A stretch of 64,000 bases of DNA from a virus. Below are positions 56,512 to 64,000 of this stretch, piece by piece. Both the position numbers and the translations under genes were made by a program. Under the pieces are notes generated by a model that was not told the origin of the DNA, did not search any database, and worked only from the letters and a program-made list of their open reading frames with translations. The stretch's first letter is position 1, and each line of letters begins with the position of its first letter. Location of the stretch: the IMG/VR virus record IMGVR_UViG_3300046009_011911, positions 1 to 64,000 of that record; one strand, given 5' to 3'.

Positions 56512-58178
56512 TCTAGGTGTTTAATTTCACTAAGTTTCAACTTCTTGTGTTTGTATATTGTAACATACTCTGTATTGTTTTTGTAGCCTAGTTTTCCCAT
56601 TCCCCATAGAATCTGATGTTCATGAAAACTAGTTGCATGTCTTAATACAACATCTAAATAACGACCATTGCCTGTGCCTAATGTAGCAAAGGTAATATAA
56701 TCCTTGGGACCAGATTTGAACACACGATAGTTAGCCACAAGACCACAAAATTCCACTTCACCAGGGCGTCTTATTTCTCTGCAAGCTGGAATGAATCTTG
56801 GACTGTTCCAACGCCCTGTTGTCATTAGTTCACTTACTTCATAACCTTCAAATGGTGATCCAACTACACCAGCCAGTTTTGCTTCCTGCCAATAGACCCA
56901 TTGTGCATAGCTGCCTTGACAATGTTTTAATGCTGCCCGCCAAAACTCTTTAGTGTTATGTGCTTTATGATAAGCCAATGCCCAAATTAAACGACCTAAA
57001 TTTGTAGCATGAGCTCTACAAAGACCAAAATGACTGAGTTCTTTAAGTGCGGCAAATACATCATCTCGTCGGGGATGGTCACCTACTAACTGCATAAACT
57101 CAAACATTTTTTCTTCGTTCTTTTTAGCGAATGCACGCCGCCACATGTCTGCTTCATATTGATCGCAGCCTAAAATTTCTCCAATCAACTCGATGGCATC
57201 ATCCTCAAATACTATGGTATTATCAAATCCATCTTTGCTCCAGTCTTGAAAGAAACTGGCACGCCGACGACCTTGCGTGGCCACTGGTCTGATCAATGCT
57301 GTGGCCATGACACAATCTGATCTATTCTTAGGCTGTATTGCACGAAACAGTCTTTTCATAGCAGGGCTTTCTGCCTGTGTAACCCCCAATACATCACCAC
57401 GGGCCAATAACTCTGCGGTGGCTTCATCCTCTTCAGGATAGTCTAGTATATCACGTTGATCTATTTCCCACAGTTGACTTAGTCCTCTGTTGGCCAATAT
57501 ATCGATTTTGAAATGTTCTAGATCCTCGATTTCATATTTGTCTAACAATATTTGATTTTCTGCATTTATAAGACTTTTTGGAACAGCACGATCAAATATC
57601 AGTATACCACCACAATGCTTAGATATACAACGTTTTTTACCTAGCAATTTTTTAGCTAAACGATGTGCATCTTCTGCATACTCAGGTACCACATCTTCTA
57701 ATTTAAAATTACGTTTTAGCTTTCCTTTGGCACCATATCGTTTAGCTGCCTCACGCATAGCAGATTTTTCTTTGTAAGTAACGTAATTACTGACTCGAGC
57801 ACTTTGACCAGGCCAGCGACGAAAGATTCGATTCATCACAGTTTCTTGCTGCCAATGCGGAAAGTCTAAATCGATGTCAGGAAGATCATCACGTTTTGGA
57901 TTCATGAAACGTGACAGGGGTATACGATCTGCTACTGGGTCCACGCTAGAAATACCCATGAGCCAACAAATCAAACTGGACCCTGCTGACCCACGGGTAA
58001 TGTGAGGTATATCTTTGGTTAGATCTAGTATTTCACGCACACGTAGAAAGTGTTTTGCAAAACCTAGTCGGGCTATTAATTCTAATTCTTCTTTGAGCCT
58101 TAAATTATATTCTTCAGTGTCTGGTATTTCTCTAATAAATTTATTAATTAGTAATTGAAGTTCATCATATCTATCCAT
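56508..58178 (-). CDS. Compact DNA polymerase III alpha-like (family C) protein lacking the PHP domain
   Basis: RGSAGSSL, PDIDLDF, KHCGG, KIDIL, ALIRP. Confidence 0.85.
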   Translation of the reverse strand: MDRYDELQLLINKFIREIPDTEEYNLRLKEELELIARLGFAKHFLRVREILDLTKDIPHITRGSAGSSLICWLMGISSVDPVADRIPLSRFMNPKRDDLPDIDLDFPHWQQETVMNRIFRRWPGQSARVSNYVTYKEKSAMREAAKRYGAKGKLKRNFKLEDVVPEYAEDAHRLAKKLLGKKRCISKHCGGILIFDRAVPKSLINAENQILLDKYEIEDLEHFKIDILANRGLSQLWEIDQRDILDYPEEDEATAELLARGDVLGVTQAESPAMKRLFRAIQPKNRSDCVMATALIRPVATQGRRRASFFQDWSKDGFDNTIVFEDDAIELIGEILGCDQYEADMWRRAFAKKNEEKMFEFMQLVGDHPRRDDVFAALKELSHFGLCRAHATNLGRLIWALAYHKAHNTKEFWRAALKHCQGSYAQWVYWQEAKLAGVVGSPFEGYEVSELMTTGRWNSPRFIPACREIRRPGEVEFCGLVANYRVFKSGPKDYITFATLGTGNGRYLDVVLRHATSFHEHQILWGMGKLGYKNNTEYVTIYKHKKLKLSEIKHLE

Positions 58179-58259
58179 GTATAACCTTTTTGTGCCTTGA
58201 GTATTGATATTTATTGGTAAGAAGTTGTATAATTAATAATCTTTACCAGGATTTACAAA

Positions 58260-58883
58260 ATGATTCTTTACCATACATTCGAAGAGCACACTCAATTACC
58301 AGAATATATAATTCAAGAAGTCAACTTTTTTAAAAATAATGAATTCCACGACAGGAATTTAGAAACTTACAATAAAAGTCAGTTTGGATTTAGTGGGTAC
58401 ACATCCAGAGTTTTAACAAAAAATGGTAAACAATATCCTACTACAAAAACTCAGAGAACTGCATTAGGAGCAGACAGTCAACAATGGTTCAAAGATAATA
58501 TCTGTTCGTCATGGACTGAATGTAGTTTTAGCCTAACTTCCCCAGTCAGTGAATCTCACGGTCCACATACTGATGTAACTAGACTATGGCTACTAATGTA
58601 TATTATCGATACTGGGGGTGATGATGTTACGAATTGCTTTTGGAAAGAAAAAGGTAAAGAGTTGTTGCGACCAGGTATTGAATCTATTACTGTTTGTGAT
58701 TATAAGGATTTGGAATTAGTGGCAGAAACAAAATTTGCCGCTAACAAATGGGCACTTATAAATACCAAAGTCTTACACAGTGTAGAAAATATTCAAAAAC
58801 CTCGAATTAGTATCCACATTGGAATGAATGATCTTTCAGCATTGAACACTTCATTCGCTCAATCTCTGAATATTCGAGCATAA
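58260..58883 (+). CDS. 2OG-Fe(II) oxygenase-like protein
   Basis: PHTD..LHSVEN..RISI. Confidence 0.55.
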   Translation: MILYHTFEEHTQLPEYIIQEVNFFKNNEFHDRNLETYNKSQFGFSGYTSRVLTKNGKQYPTTKTQRTALGADSQQWFKDNICSSWTECSFSLTSPVSESHGPHTDVTRLWLLMYIIDTGGDDVTNCFWKEKGKELLRPGIESITVCDYKDLELVAETKFAANKWALINTKVLHSVENIQKPRISIHIGMNDLSALNTSFAQSLNIRA

Positions 58884-58893
58884 TGTTCAATAA

Positions 58894-58928
58894 TTGTACT
58901 AGACAAATCTAGTACAAAACTTTATAAT
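58894..58928 (+). promoter_or_regulatory. ahpC promoter with palindromic operator over the -35 box
   Basis: TTGTACTAGA-caaa-TCTAGTACAA; TAGACA-17-TATAAT. Confidence 0.65.
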
Positions 58929-58950
58929 CACTTTTTAAAAGGAAAAAAAT

Positions 58951-59526
58951 ATGAAAACAGTTGGTGATCGACTTGAACCTTTTGTTGTTACCGGTGTGCG
59001 GCCGGGACAACCCGATGATGCTTTTTTCGATATTACAGAAGAAAGTTTTAGTGGTAAATGGAAAGTTATCGTTTACTACCCAAAAGATTTTACCTTTGTT
59101 TGTCCCACAGAGATTGTGGCCTACGACAAACTGGCCCAAGACTTTGAAGACCGTGATGCTGTACTGCTTACTGGCAGCACTGACAACGAATTCTGTAAAG
59201 TTGCTTGGCAACGTGCTCATCCTGATCTACAGAAAATTCGCCACATTCAATTTGCCGACACGCAACGTAATCACTGGAATGAGTTTACCGGTGAAACTGT
59301 TCGTCGAGGACTGATTGATCAATTGGGTTGTTTCTATCATCCTGCTGGTGCTGCGCTTCGTGCAACTTTCATCGTGGACCCCAACAATGAAATTCAACAT
59401 GTCACTGTGAATAACCTCAATGTTGGACGTAGTCCAGAAGAAACGTTGCGTGTTCTAGATTCTCTTCAGACAGGAGAACTTTGTGCTTGCAATCGTGCTG
59501 TTGGTGGCGACACTCTAAAGGTATAA
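58951..59526 (+). CDS. ahpC: Peroxiredoxin AhpC
   Basis: YPKDFTFVCPTE, GRSPEE, GELCACN. Confidence 0.95.
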   Translation: MKTVGDRLEPFVVTGVRPGQPDDAFFDITEESFSGKWKVIVYYPKDFTFVCPTEIVAYDKLAQDFEDRDAVLLTGSTDNEFCKVAWQRAHPDLQKIRHIQFADTQRNHWNEFTGETVRRGLIDQLGCFYHPAGAALRATFIVDPNNEIQHVTVNNLNVGRSPEETLRVLDSLQTGELCACNRAVGGDTLKV

Positions 59527-59530
59527 AATC

Positions 59531-60205
59531 ATGCTAGAGATGCTTTGGGCATTAGGTGCTATTATACTAATCGACGTTGTACTTGGTGGGGAAAATGCCT
59601 TGGTTATTGCCATGGCAGCAAACAAGTTGCCCGAGCATCTTAGACGTCGAGCAATGGTCTGGGGAACATTCGGTGCTGTGGCAGTTAGATTCTTGTGTGT
59701 TGCGGCATTGACTTACTTGCTAATGATTCCAGGATTAAGATTGGTAGGAGGGCTTGCGCTAATTTATATTGCCTGGAAACTAGTTAAACCTAGTGAGCAT
59801 AATGAAGTTCGTGCTGCAGATACTTTCTGGGGAGCAATGGGTACTATTGTGTTGGCCGATGCTGTTATGGGATTAGATAATGCATTGGCTATTGCTGGTG
59901 CTGCTAATGGTAACTGGTGGTTAATTATCTTTGGATTGATGGTTAGTGTGCCAATCATTATTTTTGGCAGTACACTAGTAAGTAGTATACTTACCCGATA
60001 CCCTAGTACAGTTTATGTTGGCAGTTTTGTACTGTTTGTTGTATCATTTCAAATGATGCTTAACGAACCATTTGTTAAAGAAAAATACCAACAGATTGAT
60101 TCATGGCTTACTGCTGTCGTACCTTGGTTTTTAGCCGTAGCACTTGTATCCCATCAATATTATTTGAATAACATAAGGAATAAAATTAAAAATGCAATGG
60201 GTTGA
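59531..60205 (+). CDS. TerC family (YjbE-like) membrane protein
   Basis: IDVVLGGENALVIA, LADAVMGLDNALAIA. Confidence 0.9.
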   Translation: MLEMLWALGAIILIDVVLGGENALVIAMAANKLPEHLRRRAMVWGTFGAVAVRFLCVAALTYLLMIPGLRLVGGLALIYIAWKLVKPSEHNEVRAADTFWGAMGTIVLADAVMGLDNALAIAGAANGNWWLIIFGLMVSVPIIIFGSTLVSSILTRYPSTVYVGSFVLFVVSFQMMLNEPFVKEKYQQIDSWLTAVVPWFLAVALVSHQYYLNNIRNKIKNAMG

Positions 60206-60704
60206 TACTTTAAAGGAAGGCTTACCTGACTACGCCAAAGATACTAAATTAAATTTAGATTCTGTTATGAAACGCAGTACGCTGGATCCTATTGAGGCTC
60301 AATGCGTAGCGTTGGCAGCAACATTTGCTACTGGAAATAGTAAATTGTGGACTTGGATTTCAAGTCAGATTGCTGAATCTGCAGAAACTAATGCTGCGAT
60401 TACTGCAGCCAGTCTTATGGCCATGAACAATGTGTGGTATCCCTATGTGGAAATGGCCAACGATGCACAACTAAAAGGACTGCCTGCACAACTACGCATG
60501 AATGCCATTGCTACCCACGGTGGCACTACTAAAGCAAGATTTGAAGCATATAGTCTTGCTGCAAGCATTGTAGGCAAATGTCATTTTTGTGTCAGTGCAC
60601 ATTATGAAACTTTAAAACAAGAAGGTTATTCAGTAGAACAGTTACGTGACATTGGCCGTATTGCTGCGGTTATGACTGCAGTCAGTCGTGTAATGGTAAA
60701 CTAA
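60192..60704 (+). CDS. ahpD: Alkyl hydroperoxide reductase AhpD
   Basis: LPDYAKDTKLN, MAMNNVWY, CHFCVSAH. Confidence 0.93.
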   Translation: MQWVDTLKEGLPDYAKDTKLNLDSVMKRSTLDPIEAQCVALAATFATGNSKLWTWISSQIAESAETNAAITAASLMAMNNVWYPYVEMANDAQLKGLPAQLRMNAIATHGGTTKARFEAYSLAASIVGKCHFCVSAHYETLKQEGYSVEQLRDIGRIAAVMTAVSRVMVN

Positions 60705-61029
60705 GCCTTTGGCTTTTGGGTTCCGTTTTAGGCGGACTAAAGAAATTGGATTTGTATCCTATACCAAGAATACATCCAATTTCTTTACCTGCTTCAATTA
60801 TAGTAAAAGCACTGTTATCAAAGTTTAGAAAAAGATAAAATTCTGTTTTTTGGTCATCTCTTTGACCTAACCAAACAGGTTTTTCATTTACTTCTTTATC
60901 AGCAAGACCTTTTAACAATTGTTCTATTGGACCACAAAGAACAGGTTTGTTTACATTAACAAAATTGGATTGAGCGTTGGCTATGGTGCTGGTTAAGCAG
61001 AATAACGACGCCACTAGCAATTTTTTCAT
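60682..61029 (-). CDS. Secreted hypothetical protein
   Basis: Signal peptide, SD AAGGAG, TAAATA at 61048 (minus). Confidence 0.7.
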   Translation of the reverse strand: MKKLLVASLFCLTSTIANAQSNFVNVNKPVLCGPIEQLLKGLADKEVNEKPVWLGQRDDQKTEFYLFLNFDNSAFTIIEAGKEIGCILGIGYKSNFFSPPKTEPKSQRLSLPLHD

Positions 61030-61050
61030 AGTGGCTCCTTAAAACAGTAT

Positions 61051-61485
61051 TTAACACCAACTGGTCTTGGCTTCGCCAAAATATTCTCGAGCAAAGCCAT
61101 TTTGAATTAACATCATACGAAGACTTTGCCCGTTTAATAGTATATCACCAAGGACACGACCACCAAATTTGTCCCATGAATATAATACCACTTGTCTTTG
61201 CTGACTTTGACTGACCATTTTTTTGGTGAACTCAGTTGCTGCCAATCCCCTTTGCTTTTCAGATTCGCATTTAGCCAAGTGATTCTTTTCTGGAGTGTCC
61301 ACTCCGAACACTCTGACTGCCAATTCAGGTTTGAGCGGTGCAGGTAGAAAGGGTGCAGCAATTACTACGGTGTCCCCATCATTGATACGAACTATTTGTG
61401 CATCGTAAGTCACACCTTGGGGTTGTCTTTGTGCTTGCGCATTTAACGCAATTACAGCAAAAAAAAGAGCAAAATATTTCAACAT
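61051..61485 (-). CDS. Secreted thermonuclease (SNase family)
   Basis: DGDT, VRVFGVDTPE, DKFGGRVLG. Confidence 0.88.
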   Translation of the reverse strand: MLKYFALFFAVIALNAQAQRQPQGVTYDAQIVRINDGDTVVIAAPFLPAPLKPELAVRVFGVDTPEKNHLAKCESEKQRGLAATEFTKKMVSQSQQRQVVLYSWDKFGGRVLGDILLNGQSLRMMLIQNGFAREYFGEAKTSWC

Positions 61486-61526
61486 ATAAATTCCTTTGAT
61501 ATAAAGTATTTAATCAAATTCTTATT

Positions 61527-61544
61527 TTGTAACAAAGTTGTAAC
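61527..61544 (+). promoter_or_regulatory. Pho box upstream of pstS
   Basis: TTGTAAC-aaag-TTGTAAC, 11-bp direct-repeat spacing. Confidence 0.7.
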
Positions 61545-61583
61545 ATTATTGTGTTTAAATATTAAAAACCACAAGGAGACTAG

Positions 61584-62591
61584 ATGAAAAAATTTTTAAT
61601 GGCTATTGCAGCCACAGTATTTACAGTATCAGCACAGGCACAGATCACAGGCGCTGGTGCTACTTTCCCTTATCCAATCTATGCTAAATGGGCCGAAGCT
61701 TATCACAAAGAAAGTAAGATTGGCCTTAACTATCAGAGCATTGGTAGTTCAGGCGGTATACGTCAAATCAATGCCAAGACAGTAACGTTTGGAGCCAGCG
61801 ATGCTCCAGTCAAAGGAGAGGATTTAGACAAAAATGGCCAGATACAGTTTCCTGCTATCATTGGGGGGACAGTTCCTATTGTAAATCTTGATGGATTTCA
61901 GCCGGGAGAACTACGCATTACTGGACCTGTTCTTGCTGAAGTATTCATGGGGAATATTACAAAATGGAATGATCCCAAACTCACTGTATTGAACCCAGGA
62001 AAGAGATTACCCGACATGCCTATCACTGTGGTTCATCGTGCTGACGGATCAGGGACAACCTTTAATTGGACAGATTATCTCACAGTGGTCAGTAAAGAGT
62101 GGGCAGATCGTGTTGGCCGCGGCGCAGCAGTCAAGTGGCCCGCTGCTAGTTCTGTAGGTGGAAAAGGCAACGAAGGTGTGGCTGCTAATGTTCGTAGAAT
62201 AAAAGGATCAATTGGTTATGTAGAGTATGCATATGTTAAGAAAAACAACATGGTTCATATGAAACTGCAAAACCGAGATGGCAACTTTGTTGACCCTGAT
62301 GACACATCATTTGCCGCAGCAGCCGCTGGTGCAGATTGGTTTAGTGTGCCCGGTATGGGTTTAAGCATTGTTGAACAACCAGGTAAAAACACTTGGCCGG
62401 TCAGTACTGCCAGTTTTATTATTATGTATAAAGAACCCACTGATAAAAAGGCCAGCCAGGAAGCAATTAAGTTTTTTGATTGGGCTTTTAAGAATGGTGC
62501 AAAAATGAGTGAAGATTTAGATTATGTACATTTGCCTGAATCTTTGCAAAACGAAATTCGTAAACGTGTTTGGAGTCAAATCCGGCACTAA
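61584..62591 (+). CDS. pstS: Phosphate-binding protein PstS
   Basis: GAGATFP, GSSGG, RADGSGTT, GKGNEGV. Confidence 0.96.
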   Translation: MKKFLMAIAATVFTVSAQAQITGAGATFPYPIYAKWAEAYHKESKIGLNYQSIGSSGGIRQINAKTVTFGASDAPVKGEDLDKNGQIQFPAIIGGTVPIVNLDGFQPGELRITGPVLAEVFMGNITKWNDPKLTVLNPGKRLPDMPITVVHRADGSGTTFNWTDYLTVVSKEWADRVGRGAAVKWPAASSVGGKGNEGVAANVRRIKGSIGYVEYAYVKKNNMVHMKLQNRDGNFVDPDDTSFAAAAAGADWFSVPGMGLSIVEQPGKNTWPVSTASFIIMYKEPTDKKASQEAIKFFDWAFKNGAKMSEDLDYVHLPESLQNEIRKRVWSQIRH

Positions 62592-62604
62592 CTGTTTATT
62601 TGGG

Positions 62605-62636
62605 AATAAAAAGGACCGCAAAGGTCCTTTTTTATT
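62605..62636 (+). terminator. Intrinsic terminator
   Basis: AAAAAGGACC-gcaaa-GGTCCTTTTTT. Confidence 0.85.
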
Positions 62637-62671
62637 GACAACAATAGTATTTTTTGCTTTAATACATTATT

Positions 62672-62890
62672 ATGTCAAAAACTTCAATACCAAATTTTCT
62701 AGATGTATTTGAAAAAAGAATAGAACGCACTAAAGAAAAAATCAAAGAAGAACTCAAAAAAGATAAAAAAGATAGAGATAAAGAAAGTCTTAAACTTTTT
62801 TTAAAAGACATTAAGGATATTAGAAAAAGTGTAAGAGAAGCCAAAAAAGACCATATCAAAGTCTGTCCACACTGTGGTGGAAAACTTTGA
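62672..62890 (+). CDS. Small basic coiled-coil protein with CPHC
   Basis: Promoter TTGACA (62635) -17- TTTAAT. Confidence 0.6.
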   Translation: MSKTSIPNFLDVFEKRIERTKEKIKEELKKDKKDRDKESLKLFLKDIKDIRKSVREAKKDHIKVCPHCGGKL

Positions 62891-62924
62891 CAAATTATTT
62901 GAATTTAATTAAAATGTAACGTAA

Positions 62925-63047
62925 ATGAAAACAGTAATATTTTGGTTCGGCGCTATGATTGCAACCCTATTTGTGTTGGGATCATTCAACATAGGAAATT
63001 TTGTTCTCTATTATGGTCCAGATAAAATGTCTTGTGTAAAGGAATGA
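62925..63047 (+). CDS. Small membrane peptide (40 aa)
   Basis: Follows TTGACA (62887) -17- TAAAAT. Confidence 0.5.
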   Translation: MKTVIFWFGAMIATLFVLGSFNIGNFVLYYGPDKMSCVKE

Positions 63048-63048
63048 A

Positions 63049-63318
63049 ATGAACAAACAGATAAAACTACTTGGTGACCAAGCAAGAACGTACTATCCCG
63101 GAACAAAATTGTCTGGGGAATACTGGGTATTTGATGAACAAAAATTTGCCGAGCTAATTAAACAGGCAATTTACGATCAGGTAAAAGATGAACTGATCCC
63201 CGATGAGCTTATTGCTAAAGAACCGCCAGAATGGCAACAATATCTTCGAGGCTGTAATGCTGGCACTGTGGATGCTTTGACTCATATCAAAAACTTTGGG
63301 GTAGACATTGAACTCTGA
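63049..63318 (+). CDS. Hypothetical protein
   Basis: SD AAGGA. Confidence 0.6.
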   Translation: MNKQIKLLGDQARTYYPGTKLSGEYWVFDEQKFAELIKQAIYDQVKDELIPDELIAKEPPEWQQYLRGCNAGTVDALTHIKNFGVDIEL

Positions 63319-63499
63319 TCAAATTTTAGGCTACAGTAGAACTGGAGATCCAATCTACCCTCCACAAAAAGGACAGATCACAACCAAGGCTTTTATTCTT
63401 TGTGATCGTTGCCAAGCAGTGATTAGCCCAGTAATGGGACCGAGATACGGTAGTCTTTGCGTTCGTTGTTATACTAGGGAAGAACAAAGTGAACAGTAA
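63308..63499 (+). CDS. Small Zn-finger protein
   Basis: CDRC..CVRC. Confidence 0.55.
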   Translation: MNSDQILGYSRTGDPIYPPQKGQITTKAFILCDRCQAVISPVMGPRYGSLCVRCYTREEQSEQ

Positions 63500-63737
63500 A
63501 ATTATTCAATTAATTGAACAAGCAGGTTTCTGTCTATGGCAAAATGAAAGTTGGAATCCTGGAGATGTAGTTGACTGGAGTGTTAGGTATGATGATGAAC
63601 TGAAAGCCTTAATTGGATTAATCATCAACGAATGCCAAGATGTCTGTGTTCGTACTGGTCAATTAGAAATGCAACCTGCTGACGGTGAAATGTATGCTAA
63701 TGCCATTCGAGAACATTTTGAGATAAATGATGAATAA
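63489..63737 (+). CDS. Hypothetical protein
   Basis: Overlapping ORF chain. Confidence 0.6.
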   Translation: MNSKIIQLIEQAGFCLWQNESWNPGDVVDWSVRYDDELKALIGLIINECQDVCVRTGQLEMQPADGEMYANAIREHFEINDE

Positions 63738-63906
63738 TCCTGAACAAGATATTGTATATCGACTGAAAAAAAGAGCAGAGATACGTAGACAAATTCCTAG
63801 TCGCAAAAGTGTTCAAGAAGGCCGTCCGGATCGTATCGCTGATATCTTAGAAGAAGCGGCCACAGAAATAGAAAGGCTTAGAAATGAGATATTACAGTTA
63901 CAATGA
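63727..63906 (+). CDS. Small hypothetical protein (59 aa)
   Basis: DIVYRLKKRAEIRRQI..DRIADILEEAA. Confidence 0.6.
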   Translation: MMNNPEQDIVYRLKKRAEIRRQIPSRKSVQEGRPDRIADILEEAATEIERLRNEILQLQ

Positions 63907-64000
63907 ATACGATCCAGGAAGCCCCTTAGCAGATGAAACAGGCGGCTACATAGTTACTAAATCGGAAAAAGAAATTCGTAGTGAATACTGGCCCTATTGG
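63884..64000 (+). CDS. Hypothetical protein, truncated by window end
   Basis: MRYYSYNEY.. open to the edge. Confidence 0.45.
   Translation, partial: MRYYSYNEYDPGSPLADETGGYIVTKSEKEIRSEYWPYW

Overview
A 64-kb, AT-rich, gene-dense segment of a large lytic tailed phage with T4-like late promoters. It is probably aquatic and infects a proteobacterium; this is inferred from pstS, ahpC/ahpD, iscU/iscA and a ROSE-like leader. Content: the end of a DnaB-like helicase gene, putative virion proteins, class Ia nrdA/nrdB/glutaredoxin, PAAR-like and SleB-like genes, bS21, Hsp20, ClpS, a curli-like operon (csgF, csgG, two curlin-like proteins, FecR) with a CHASE2 adenylate cyclase, sugar-modifying enzymes, several radical SAM genes, UvsE, arrays of small early genes each behind a repeated sigma70 promoter/RBS module, a YafQ/RelE-like toxin pair, a circularly permuted tmRNA, a PHP-less DnaE, ahpC-terC-ahpD and a Pho-box pstS. 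The strongest candidate for something new is iscU. It is interrupted exactly at its Cys37-Gly38/Asp39 motif by a 9-nt insert (GGT TAG ATA GGC), is preceded by a 16-bp hairpin and overlaps an HNH endonuclease gene. This looks like a miniature analogue of the T4 mobA/gene 60 ribosomal-bypass cassette. All family calls come from motif recognition by eye; no searches were run.
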